From assembly GCA_029858305.1 (NCBI GenBank), contig JAOUFI010000073.1, positions 1 through 11,615 of the forward strand: 11,615 nucleotides of DNA, written 5' to 3'. Shown here in pieces: positions 1-7,633 of this stretch (positions are counted from its first letter, which is position 1; every line of letters begins with the position of its first letter). The position numbers were made by a program, and so were the translations under genes. Source of the DNA: Candidatus Thorarchaeota archaeon. GTDB taxonomy: Archaea; Asgardarchaeota; Thorarchaeia; Thorarchaeales; Thorarchaeaceae. Below the pieces are notes generated by a model. It did not search any database and was not told the DNA's origin. It saw only the letters and a list, made by a program, of their open reading frames with translations.

Positions 1-156
1 CTTATCCCATTGAATTCTAGGGACCCGCAAGATCTATCTATGCATCCCGGAATGAACTACCAGCTGAGATTCCTGTGGTGGAATAATGTAAACCATGGGG
101 AGCCTTCATTCTCTAGTCCATGGAAGAACTTCTGGGTTCCAGTTCAGTTACACTAG
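1..156 (+). CDS. 3' end of a partial CDS, possibly DOMON-like C-terminus
   Basis: Frame 1 is open from base 1 to TAG at 154-156 (LIPLNSRDPQDLSMHPGMNYQLRFLWWNN...VQLH*). It is followed by a hairpin and T-run and converges on nop10. The domain guess rests only on the PLxxxDxxD pattern. Confidence 0.55.
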   Translation, partial: LIPLNSRDPQDLSMHPGMNYQLRFLWWNNVNHGEPSFSSPWKNFWVPVQLH

Positions 157-174
157 AAAAAGTATGATACAAAT

Positions 175-214
175 GGCAACTGATGAAGAGTCAGTTGCCT
201 TCGCTTCTTTTTTT
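175..214. terminator. hairpin with T-tracts between convergent genes, possibly bidirectional terminator
   Basis: Perfect 9-bp inverted repeat GGCAACTGA(175-183)-7 nt-TCAGTTGCC(191-199), with T7 downstream on + and TTTTT downstream on -. Confidence 0.55.
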
Positions 215-231
215 GGAATGGTTGATAAATT

Positions 232-399
232 TTATACATTAATGCTCGCGCGCTTAGCTTTTCTTCTATACACACCATATTTGTCCTGAGGGCTATATTT
301 CGGGGGTTTGGGATCTGATACAGGACCTCCACACTTTGGACATATTTTCGGATTGAGGGTATAGTTGTCACATTTGGTGCATTTATAGAGATGCGCCAT
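232..399 (-). CDS. nop10: H/ACA RNP protein Nop10
   Basis: Not in the ORF track. Manual translation gives MAHLYKCTKCDNYTLNPKICPKCGGPVSDPKPPKYSPQDKYGVYRRKAKRASINV (55 aa), with a CxxC-YTL-CPxCG zinc ribbon and PPKYSPxDKY motif. Canonical position after aIF2alpha. Confidence 0.95.
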   Translation of the reverse strand: MAHLYKCTKCDNYTLNPKICPKCGGPVSDPKPPKYSPQDKYGVYRRKAKRASINV

Positions 400-409
400 T
401 GGTAATCCC

Positions 410-1204
410 CTATTTCTTTAGATAACTAATAGTACCATTATTCTGTTCAATCTGAGTTTGAATCAGACTGACAACTGCGGAGCGAATTTCTTCTGCTTCC
501 TTATAATCAGGGCTGACAATTCTAAGCTTGTATCTGGGAGAACCAAGAGTGTACACTTCAGTAGTAGATTTCTCATAGGTCTTTCCCTTTGCGAGACCCT
601 CTGTAAGAGCCTTCTTTATCACTTCAACACCATCAGGTCCAGGTACTGTTATGGTCAATTCCCCGTCAATCTCGACAGATGGGATCTCGATTCTTTGTGC
701 AGCAAGGTCAGCTACCTGTTTCTTTAGTTTCTTTGTGGACTGAACGTCTTCAAGTACTTCGACACCACCATCCGAGGCTCGCTCTAGTCCTGTATAGATC
801 TCCCCAAAGACCTCTTCGATTGGCCAGCCTATTTTCTCATAGACTTGCTCGAGTGTCATATCATTCTCTTTGGCAACTAGTTCAAGGAGTTTCTCAGCTT
901 TCTGTGCACGTTTCCACTCATTATTCTTGACTCTTCTTGACTCATTAGAAACACGTCTCAATGAGCAATCTATATGCATCTTTTCGGAATCGACCTTTAG
1001 AATCTTAACAACGACGCGCTGATTCTCATGGATGTGATTGCGAATATTCCTGACCCATGTACTGCTGACTTCAGAGATGTGAATGAAACCTTCTTTATCA
1101 CCGTACTCTGGTAACGTGACGTATGCGCCATAAGCGGCTACCTTAGTGGCGACTGCTATTGCATAATCGTCCACATTTGGCCATTCGACACGTTTCAGTA
1201 CCAT
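410..1204 (-). CDS. eif2a: translation initiation factor 2 subunit alpha (aIF2alpha)
   Basis: S1 domain (YGAYVTLPEY..EGFIHISEVSSTWVRNIR, IDCSLRRV) and C-terminal GSPRY. Upstream AGGAG Shine-Dalgarno. Conserved operon context. Confidence 0.97.
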   Translation of the reverse strand: MVLKRVEWPNVDDYAIAVATKVAAYGAYVTLPEYGDKEGFIHISEVSSTWVRNIRNHIHENQRVVVKILKVDSEKMHIDCSLRRVSNESRRVKNNEWKRAQKAEKLLELVAKENDMTLEQVYEKIGWPIEEVFGEIYTGLERASDGGVEVLEDVQSTKKLKKQVADLAAQRIEIPSVEIDGELTITVPGPDGVEVIKKALTEGLAKGKTYEKSTTEVYTLGSPRYKLRIVSPDYKEAEEIRSAVVSLIQTQIEQNNGTISYLKK

Positions 1205-1216
1205 CTTTTCTTCTCC

Positions 1217-1417
1217 TTATGGAAGGACTTCAACCTCTCTCGCAATCGGTTCGAGCTTTGCTTTCCCTCCACTAGGCTTAGCAAGTAGCTTTCCACACTT
1301 AAGACATTTCACTTCTGTTGTGGCGTTCCCGAAAATAATCTGCTCGTTCTCACAATCAAGGCACTTTACTTTGAGGAACCGTGAGTTTGGTTGTTGTACT
1401 ATCTCGCCCTTGGTCAT
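1217..1417 (-). CDS. rps27e: 30S ribosomal protein S27e
   Basis: PNSRFLKVKCLDCENEQIIF...CLKCG..LAKPSGGKA. Start moved to ATG 1417, which follows a GGTGA SD; the ORF track start is 1441. Confidence 0.96.
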   Translation of the reverse strand: MTKGEIVQQPNSRFLKVKCLDCENEQIIFGNATTEVKCLKCGKLLAKPSGGKAKLEPIAREVEVLP

Positions 1418-1427
1418 AATAATCACC

Positions 1428-1709
1428 TTACGCTCGCTCAACCTCGACCTTCTTCATTCGTATACTCTTGGACAAAATGATGTGACTACATTCCTTACAT
1501 TTGAATTTCAAAACAGTCTTCTTCGTTGTCTTGGCGAACCGATGTTGGATTGGTTTTGGAAATGATCCATAACCCTTTGTCCTACGCCTCATACGACGCT
1601 CACCCTGAGCCTGACTTCGTCTTTTTCCTGCCTTTTCAATGGATACAGCATGTTCCGTATATTTATGACAACGGGGACAGTACTTGTTCAGTTCACCTTT
1701 TACTTTCAT
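1428..1709 (-). CDS. rpl44e: 50S ribosomal protein L44e
   Basis: YCPRCHKYTEH, GERRMRR..KGYG, KTTKKTVLKFKCKEC. GGTGA SD upstream. Confidence 0.96.
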   Translation of the reverse strand: MKVKGELNKYCPRCHKYTEHAVSIEKAGKRRSQAQGERRMRRRTKGYGSFPKPIQHRFAKTTKKTVLKFKCKECSHIILSKSIRMKKVEVERA

Positions 1710-1804
1710 TGCTAGTCACCAGTCTTGGCTGTGCGATTCGACCTAGAGTCTCTTATAATACTTAGGGCATGTTCCATCTGAATCTTAGGTTCAGACTGAC
1801 CTGA

Positions 1805-1999
1805 TTAATTTGCGATTTGGTAGAATATGTGTGCGATCACCGTAGCAACCACAAGAATACTTGCGAGTATCACGACTACCGTTGGTCCTACTTTGATGCC
1901 TGGAGTCTCGTCTTCGAAGAACCTGATAAGCCCGGCGCCTCCGCTGGGCATTGGTCCATCTCGACGCTTCTTTCTACTCTTTTTAGCGGTCTTGGGCAT
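1805..1999 (-). CDS. secG: preprotein translocase subunit Sec61beta
   Basis: Basic N-terminus, GAGLIRFFEDE..GIKVGP motif and a single C-terminal TM helix. GAGGTG SD. Confidence 0.93.
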   Translation of the reverse strand: MPKTAKKSRKKRRDGPMPSGGAGLIRFFEDETPGIKVGPTVVVILASILVVATVIAHIFYQIAN

Positions 2000-2071
2000 C
2001 TAAAGCAGCACCTCTACTTGAACTTTCGATTACCGTTCCCTTTTAATCATATTGTTATAATTAATCACGAA

Positions 2072-2276
2072 CTAATCTTCATATGTATCATCAGACCTTT
2101 TCTTCTTTTTCTCTCTACGAAGAAGCATGTAAACCATTGCGGTAGTACGAGCCAAACCTTGATCGTGCCAGAGTCTTTCTACAATCTCACCTGCTTTGAG
2201 CCCATCTCTATGAAGTTCTAAAATCAGTTTCTTCTCATTTTCTGGAGTTTTCTTGAACTCCCGAGTGTCTTCTCAT
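2072..2276 (-). pseudogene. frameshifted small helix-turn-helix protein
   Basis: Open frame 2272-2072 reads EDTREFKKTPENEKKLILELHRDGLKAGEIVERLWHDQGLARTTAMVYMLLRREKKKKRSDDTYED*, an HTH-like pattern. The upstream ATG (2276-2274) is one base out of frame. Confidence 0.5.
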
Positions 2277-2354
2277 CGTATTTATCAGGAAACTGACATA
2301 ACCAAGCAAATAATTCGCCGGTCCTTGGATTCCGGCTTCTATCAATATTGACTC

Positions 2355-2371
2355 AAAAAAGGCGAAAAAAA
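2355..2371 (-). terminator. oligo-T archaeal terminator
   Basis: T7-CGCC-T6 on the minus strand, ~20 nt after the stop of the 197-aa ORF. Confidence 0.5.
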
Positions 2372-2392
2372 GTTGTAATCCATCAAGCAAAA

Positions 2393-2986
2393 CTATCGGT
2401 CTTCAAATTTTGAAAGCTTCTCTTGATCCTCCTTTTTCCTAAATAGAGCTATTGTCACTTCTTTCGAGGCATAGCCAGTTGAAGGTATTAATAGGAGATA
2501 GAATACTATGAAATATGGACCAAAATTCATGTAAAAAGGCGGCCATCGTGGACCGCCCAGAAAGCCAACCACATTGAGCCAGACCACATAGAATAGAAAT
2601 CCTATGATTAGCATGAAAATACCTTGTAGTAATAGACTTGACCATGAATCATCAATTTTCCGACGGTAGATGTAGCTCACAGAGTACGAATTCACTGCTC
2701 CTAGGAGAATCAATACAAGGGGCACTAAAACTACCATGAGTTGCGGGAGGAAAAAGATGTAGTTCCCAGAATGGGGACTAAATGAGTTCATCAAAAAAAT
2801 GAACAAGTACCCCAATACAATGAGGTATCCGAATAGTAGGATGAGGCTGTGACCTAAGGCTTTGAACATGCTCGTAGTTAATCTAATGATTCTGTGTTGT
2901 ATACGCTCCTTTTGTTCACTCAAATCCTGATTGCTTGATATCCCCATAGAACGACATGCCTCATTGTGTAACGACTGGAAAACCAT
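2393..2986 (-). CDS. hypothetical integral membrane protein (~4 TM)
   Basis: 197-aa ORF with four hydrophobic segments and a charged tail. Start is uncertain. Confidence 0.75.
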   Translation of the reverse strand: MVFQSLHNEACRSMGISSNQDLSEQKERIQHRIIRLTTSMFKALGHSLILLFGYLIVLGYLFIFLMNSFSPHSGNYIFFLPQLMVVLVPLVLILLGAVNSYSVSYIYRRKIDDSWSSLLLQGIFMLIIGFLFYVVWLNVVGFLGGPRWPPFYMNFGPYFIVFYLLLIPSTGYASKEVTIALFRKKEDQEKLSKFEDR

Positions 2987-3059
2987 ACAACTGATGTTCT
3001 CTTAAGGTCTTGCTACAATTATCCTCTCTGAGTGATTAGTGAAAAAATGAACTGCTAAA

Positions 3060-3102
3060 TTACTATTTTCTCCTAGTAATTCTCACAAGGAGAAAATCGT
3101 AA
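3060..3102. promoter_or_regulatory. inverted repeat (terminator of the dehydratase gene or operator of the next gene)
   Basis: ATTTTCTCCT(3065-3074)...AGGAGAAAAT(3088-3097), extendable by TTAC/GTAA, adjacent to a minus-strand T-run. Confidence 0.4.
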
Positions 3103-3157
3103 AAAAGTGAACCTTTTGAAGGCTGCAAGCTCATCTAAGTAGGACTGCTCCTTCTTT

Positions 3158-4621
3158 CTACTCTTCAATCTTCGCTAGTGTTTTGGCGAGTTTCATCTTC
3201 TCTTCAATATTGCTTAAACGACTAATCATGATTCTTTGTGCCTGCGGAGAACCTGCCCCATGCATTGATTCAGTAAGATACCCCACAGCAGCTCTTCCCA
3301 TCGTAAGGTTCTCAATCAGTCTCAGCATCTTAATCCTATCCAGCGTATCAATCCCATCTGCCCCAACAAGATACTTCTCAATGACAGCTCTTGTTTCAGG
3401 ATTGCTCAATTCCTTCGCACTCGGACAAGTCACGAATAGTCCACCAGCAATGTCTTGCAAGAGTCGAGCAATCTCATATGGAAATCTCGTTACGTTTTGC
3501 TTACACACATTGGCGAGAAGAATGTCAACCAAAAAGTTACCTGCTGGTGTCTTTTGACCTGAAGCTGAACACGCGATGCCACAGGAGTAGAGGGTTTCAT
3601 TGAGATGCGCCATCTCCGTAATCTTGTCCTGAATGTGTGAAGCTTTCAGCACTCCATTGTATTCTGCAATCGAGGCAGCAGCTCCTATTAACACATCTCC
3701 AACACCGACCTTACAGCCTCCATAGCTCTGTCTATGATAAGCTGCAAATGACTCAACAACACGTCCACAAAATTCGTTTTCACCGTTCATGAAGATGCGT
3801 TCGTTGGGAACAAAGACATCTTCAAAGATGACAAGACATTCCTGCCCACCATATACAGGATTACCACAATCGATATCTCCTTCTGTGGTTTCATCCATTC
3901 GGCGAAGATCACATGACTGTCTTCCATAGTAGTACGTTATCCCATCAGCATCAGCTGGGATGGCACAACAGATTGTAAAATCAGCGTCTTCTTTCCGCAT
4001 TGCCAATGTCGGCATAATCAGATGTTCATGTGAGTTGACTGCTCCAGTCTGGTGTGCCTTGGCTCCCCGTATCACAACGCCATCATCTCGTCTTTCTGTA
4101 ACATGAACGTAAACGTCTGGATTGGCCTGCTCAGAGGGTCGTTTGCTGCGGTCCCCTTTAGGGTCTGTCATGCACCCATCAATTACCCAGTCCTTGGTTT
4201 CTGCAATCTTAACATAGTTCAAGAACCTTTGATGATATTCTGTTCCGAGCTTCTTGTCAATGTCATACGTTGTCAAATAGACGGCATTGATAGCATCCAT
4301 TCCGACACATCGTTGAAAACAGGTCCCGCACTTCTGACCAAGAAGTCTTAACATCTTCACCTTATTCTGAAGATCCTCAACACTGTAATGCAGGTGGCAG
4401 AAGCGGTTAATTGTTTGTCCAGTTAGAATCGATTTAGCAGTCATGAGTTCATGATACTCGGGATCGTGAACCAAATCATAAGTTAGTGCAATAGAATTTA
4501 TAGATGCACGGATGATGGGGTGGTCAAGTGGATTTTCAATCTTCTGACCCATCAGGTAGATTGTAAGTGGCTGTCGCTTTCGCAAGCTCTCGATATACTC
4601 TTTGCCAGTCATTAACACCAT
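3158..4621 (-). CDS. abfD: 4-hydroxybutyryl-CoA dehydratase / vinylacetyl-CoA isomerase (HpaB/AbfD family)
   Basis: [4Fe-4S] ligand motifs CFQRCVGMD and HRQSYGGCK, plus MTDPKGDRS, GAKAHQTG and ESMHGAGSPQAQR. Start set at ATG 4621 after GGAGG. Confidence 0.93.
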   Translation of the reverse strand: MVLMTGKEYIESLRKRQPLTIYLMGQKIENPLDHPIIRASINSIALTYDLVHDPEYHELMTAKSILTGQTINRFCHLHYSVEDLQNKVKMLRLLGQKCGTCFQRCVGMDAINAVYLTTYDIDKKLGTEYHQRFLNYVKIAETKDWVIDGCMTDPKGDRSKRPSEQANPDVYVHVTERRDDGVVIRGAKAHQTGAVNSHEHLIMPTLAMRKEDADFTICCAIPADADGITYYYGRQSCDLRRMDETTEGDIDCGNPVYGGQECLVIFEDVFVPNERIFMNGENEFCGRVVESFAAYHRQSYGGCKVGVGDVLIGAAASIAEYNGVLKASHIQDKITEMAHLNETLYSCGIACSASGQKTPAGNFLVDILLANVCKQNVTRFPYEIARLLQDIAGGLFVTCPSAKELSNPETRAVIEKYLVGADGIDTLDRIKMLRLIENLTMGRAAVGYLTESMHGAGSPQAQRIMISRLSNIEEKMKLAKTLAKIEE

Positions 4622-4698
4622 GAGCTCTGCCTCCAATCAATTGGAGTCCTATCGATACTACTCTGCACTTAATAGTTCTAGCTCTCTATGAATTAGTA

Positions 4699-4989
4699 TC
4701 ATTCGGGGCAAGTACAAGGGTTCTGTTTACACTTGGAACAGGTGTCTGTATATTTCTTATAAAACGCCTCGGACACATCGATATCAAGAAGATTAGCGAG
4801 AGAGCATAGCCAGGCAAAGACATCAGCTATCTCCTCTTCCAAGGAGGTTCGGCTTTTTCCTTTGAGGATTGCTTCCCTAAGCTCATTCAGTTCCTCACTG
4901 GTTCTTTGAAATGTACCCCTAACACCTCTTGCCCTATCTCTCTCAAAATAGATCTTACGCATCATTTCCTGTGCATCTTCAATCTTCAT
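4699..4989 (-). CDS. MazG-like nucleotide pyrophosphohydrolase
   Basis: EELNEL..AI and EEEIADVFAWLCSLANLL, KKY and a C-terminal CxxCxxxPCxC tail, typical of small archaeal MazG proteins. Confidence 0.9.
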   Translation of the reverse strand: MKIEDAQEMMRKIYFERDRARGVRGTFQRTSEELNELREAILKGKSRTSLEEEIADVFAWLCSLANLLDIDVSEAFYKKYTDTCSKCKQNPCTCPE

Positions 4990-4993
4990 ATAA

Positions 4994-5028
4994 GACCCCC
5001 ATGAGGGGGTCCGAAATTACTCGGACCC
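4994..5028 (-). promoter_or_regulatory. two overlapping, mutually exclusive hairpins between glyA and mazG
   Basis: mRNA reads UAA GGGUCCGA-GUAAUU-UCGGACCC, overlapping GACCCCC-UCAU-GGGGGUC UUAU AUG. Confidence 0.45.
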
Positions 5029-6351
5029 TTACTTGAACCTAAGGTGCGCGTAAGCTGGAGTATCTGTTTCAAAGGCATAGTGCACCTTCTGATACTCTTT
5101 GCGGAACTCTCCAACCTCTTTAGCAATCTTCTTGACATCTACACCCTTCATGACCACGCGTGTCATGAATTCAGCAATTGCATCCATCTCTGACTCTTTC
5201 ATTCCTAGTCGTGTCATTTCACTTGTACCAAGTCTGATTCCACCTGGAGTCTTATAGTCGCGACCCCGTTTCTTGTCCCATGGTAGGAGATTTCGATTGA
5301 TGACTATATTAGCATCCTCTAGGTTCTCTTCAACTGTAGCGCCGTCTTTCATTGGTGTTTCAGTTACATCCACAAGAACCACATGGGACTGTGTGAATCC
5401 CTTGTGCTCTGCAATGACCTGCCATCCTCGTTCGTGAAGTGCCTGAGCTAGAGCCTTTGCATTCTTCATGATCTGCTTACTGTATTCAACACCAAATTCC
5501 ATCATCTCAGCAAGCGCCACAGCCAAGCCTGCAACATTGTGCAAGTGGTGATTGCTCAGTAAGCCTGGGAATGAAGCCCGCTTGATGGCATCCGCCCACT
5601 TCTCCTTTGCCAACACCATCGCGTGTTGTGGCCCTGGAAGTGTCTTGTGGGTAGATGTTGTCATCATATCGGCCCCTTCTCTCAAAGGATCCTGGAAGAA
5701 ACCTGATGCAATCAGACCTGAAACATGCGCAGAGTCATAACCAATTGTCATTCCGTATTCGTCAGCAATATCCCTGAACTCCTTTACGGGATGTGGAAAT
5801 GGGAAAACGCTTCCACCAAATAGGAGAAATTTGATCTCATCACCCTTCTCTTGGAGGTCCTTTATCTGTTTCATACTGGCATCGATATCAATATTGAACT
5901 CCTTGTCATCAAATATCCAATTGCGTACCTTGTGTCCTCGTATCTGACCTGCTGTCCCCCCAAGATCCTTTCTTGCATGAGATATATGTCCTCCATGCGC
6001 AATGGACAAAGCCATCATTCTGTCCAGTGGTTCCATAGCTGCAGTGTACATTGCGAGGTTGGCAACAACTCCCGAAATAGGACGTACATCTGCAAATTCA
6101 GCCTTGTATAGCTTCTTTGCAAGATCAATAGTGATTAGTTCTACTTGGTCTATGTACTTACATCCCGCATAGACTCGTTCCCCTGGCCATCCTTCAGCAT
6201 AGCGGTCTCGGAAGTCACAGACTATTGCTGACCTGACAGCTGGTGATGATACATTCTCAGAAGCGATAAGATTAATCGTCTTGCTCATCCAATCATCATG
6301 TTTCTCTATGAGTCCAAATACTTCATCATACAGTTTCTTGTGCTCGCTCAT
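5029..6351 (-). CDS. glyA: serine hydroxymethyltransferase (archaeal type)
   Basis: INLIASEN, YAEG.PG.R.YAGC, HGGHISH, YDSAHVSGLI, PLP-Lys motif STHKTLPGPQ and GIRLGTSE.TR. Start is 6351 or 6366. Confidence 0.97.
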   Translation of the reverse strand: MSEHKKLYDEVFGLIEKHDDWMSKTINLIASENVSSPAVRSAIVCDFRDRYAEGWPGERVYAGCKYIDQVELITIDLAKKLYKAEFADVRPISGVVANLAMYTAAMEPLDRMMALSIAHGGHISHARKDLGGTAGQIRGHKVRNWIFDDKEFNIDIDASMKQIKDLQEKGDEIKFLLFGGSVFPFPHPVKEFRDIADEYGMTIGYDSAHVSGLIASGFFQDPLREGADMMTTSTHKTLPGPQHAMVLAKEKWADAIKRASFPGLLSNHHLHNVAGLAVALAEMMEFGVEYSKQIMKNAKALAQALHERGWQVIAEHKGFTQSHVVLVDVTETPMKDGATVEENLEDANIVINRNLLPWDKKRGRDYKTPGGIRLGTSEMTRLGMKESEMDAIAEFMTRVVMKGVDVKKIAKEVGEFRKEYQKVHYAFETDTPAYAHLRFK

Positions 6352-6513
6352 ACCTAGATACTCCATGTCCTAAAGACGATTCGGGCTAGGTTTAGCTTCG
6401 TTATATGACTTACGACCTGACAAGAGAAACAAATCGCTGTGTTAAGATTTGGCAAACTCGCTTTGAAAGGAATCTACATATTCCATGATTCGCCTTGAAC
6501 ATGATGTGATATT

Positions 6514-6936
6514 ATGGGCAAATCTGGAAATCATAGCATCTTGCTGATCACTGTTTTCATGTTTCTGGTGGCACTGTTGGGGCCTTTTGCATATCATCTA
6601 GACCTGAATCCATTCGGATGGAACTCGTACGAGGCGGTATTGTGGCATTATGTTGAATCCATTTCGAGTTTTCTCTTTTTCAATAACACCGTGAACCTAT
6701 TACCATACTATTTCTTTGGATTTGTATTCATCATTCAGTTGTATAGATACTATCAAGGTAAGGCTGGGAAGACCTCTACTCTGATTTTAGGTCTTTATGC
6801 ACAGATACATCCTCTCTTGCTCTCGCTTCCAGTTCTTCTGCGATTACCATTCACCATAGCCTCCGGTGGCGAGATCTTGTATCCTGTCATCATTCCAATT
6901 TCGATTTTGCTACTAGTAGGAGTTGCTCTGGTCTAA
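6514..6936 (+). CDS. hypothetical 4-TM membrane protein, apparent paralog of 11029-11502
   Basis: 140-aa hydrophobic ORF with motifs VALLGP, F..QLYRYY..ILGL and IIPISILLLVG. Confidence 0.75.
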   Translation: MGKSGNHSILLITVFMFLVALLGPFAYHLDLNPFGWNSYEAVLWHYVESISSFLFFNNTVNLLPYYFFGFVFIIQLYRYYQGKAGKTSTLILGLYAQIHPLLLSLPVLLRLPFTIASGGEILYPVIIPISILLLVGVALV

Positions 6937-7013
6937 CTCAGACCGCCAGCGCATATCACTGAAACTGATTGAATCCTAATTCTGACAAACAAGAACCCTG
7001 CTCTCTCAACACT

Positions 7014-7244
7014 TCAGCGAGTTCTACGGTCTTTTATCATGAACGCCACAGCCATTATTATGAGTGTGACGCCAACTATGAAGAAATAATATCGCAGGCT
7101 ACCCACCCAGGGTACATGAACTGAAACCGGATTAGCGCCTCCAAGTATTACTAACGAGATTCCCAGAACAAGCAGATTGCGCGTTGAAGTAGAGTCCCCT
7201 CTCGTTGAAATAGAATCCCGCTCCACTGTCACCACCTGTGCCAA
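7014..7244 (-). CDS. small 2-TM hypothetical protein (TTG start, possibly truncated)
   Basis: 76-aa ORF with two hydrophobic helices and a basic tail. No ATG start. Confidence 0.45.
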   Translation of the reverse strand: MAQVVTVERDSISTRGDSTSTRNLLVLGISLVILGGANPVSVHVPWVGSLRYYFFIVGVTLIIMAVAFMIKDRRTR

Positions 7245-7357
7245 GTATCTGCTACAGTCTTAATAAATTCAAACATCCGAGAAGAAAAACAGAACTGTTA
7301 TTGTGTCAGGTTCACCAGCTAGCAGTTTGATTTTGATATCAGTAACACCGCAATCTC

Positions 7358-7363
7358 TATAAA
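7358..7363 (+). promoter_or_regulatory. TATA box of the tRNA gene
   Basis: TATAAA about 27 nt upstream of tRNA position 1. Confidence 0.5.
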
Positions 7364-7427
7364 CGCAAAACAGGCAAAGAGCGTTTTGTGGGCCAGTGGC
7401 TAAGCCAGGTATAGCGACAGGCTCTTA

Positions 7428-7458
7428 CTCTCGCTAGCTTTTGTTAGCGAGATGAGAA
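7428..7458 (+). other. tRNA intron 1 (position 37/38)
   Basis: BHB motif: bulges TAC and AAA, central helix CTCT/TGAG (one U-U pair), and 10-bp intron stem TCTCGCTAGC-TTTT-GTTAGCGAGA. Confidence 0.85.
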
Positions 7459-7474
7459 ACTTGTTGGTCGCGGG

Positions 7475-7504
7475 TGGCATGGCCAATCCGACCAAGCCAG
7501 CGAA
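7475..7504 (+). other. tRNA intron 2 (non-canonical, ~53/54)
   Basis: 30-nt insertion between GCGGG and TTCAAAT. Relaxed BHB: CGCG/AGCG helix, bulges GGT and AAT, GGC/GCC stem. Boundary is ambiguous by 1 nt. Confidence 0.75.
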
Positions 7505-7633
7505 TTCAAATCCCGTCTGGCCCGCCATTCGATCTTGATTTTCCCCTCAAGTGAATAGAGGATTGCCATGCGAAGATATCGAGAGTGTACTACTTTTTCT
7601 GGAGTCTAATACTCTCTCGAAGATTAATTCACT

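Larger units (their letters stand above)
7390..7527 (+). tRNA. tRNA-Lys(CTT) with two introns (7428-7458 and ~7475-7504)
   Basis: Acceptor stem GGGCCAG/CTGGCCC + G73 + CCA. D stem GCTA/TAGC. Anticodon stem ACAGG/CTTGT with loop CT-CTT-A|A. T stem GCGGG/CCCGT with loop TTCAAAT. Removing the 31-nt and 30-nt introns gives a 77-nt cloverleaf. Confidence 0.9.

Noticed and set aside
95-371. ORF-track ORFs 95-289(+) and 153-371(-)
   Set aside because: They overlap the real nop10 frame (232-399) and a terminator-like hairpin, and carry no recognisable motifs.
5615-5660. GlyA motif reads STHKTLPGPQHA rather than GP(R/Q)GG
   Set aside because: The PLP lysine and all other motifs are intact, so this is probably lineage variation and not evidence of a new function.
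458-6111. Plus-strand ORFs inside eif2a, ribosomal protein genes, secG, abfD and glyA, and 2439-2645(-)
   Set aside because: Antisense or alternative-frame shadows of well-supported genes.
6400-7389. Extension of the cassette array upstream of the tRNA
   Set aside because: I found no copy of the repeat around the two small membrane genes there.
7422-7456. tRNA-Met(CAT) identity, since intron TGAG would pair perfectly with CTCA
   Set aside because: The anticodon reads CTT, and the GGGCC acceptor stem with G73 fits archaeal tRNA-Lys.
7579-7620. Imperfect inverted repeat TCGAGAGTGTA...TACTCTCTCGA
   Set aside because: It lies between the convergent tRNA and cassette 1 gene ends, is most simply a terminator-type structure, and is not repeated in other cassettes.
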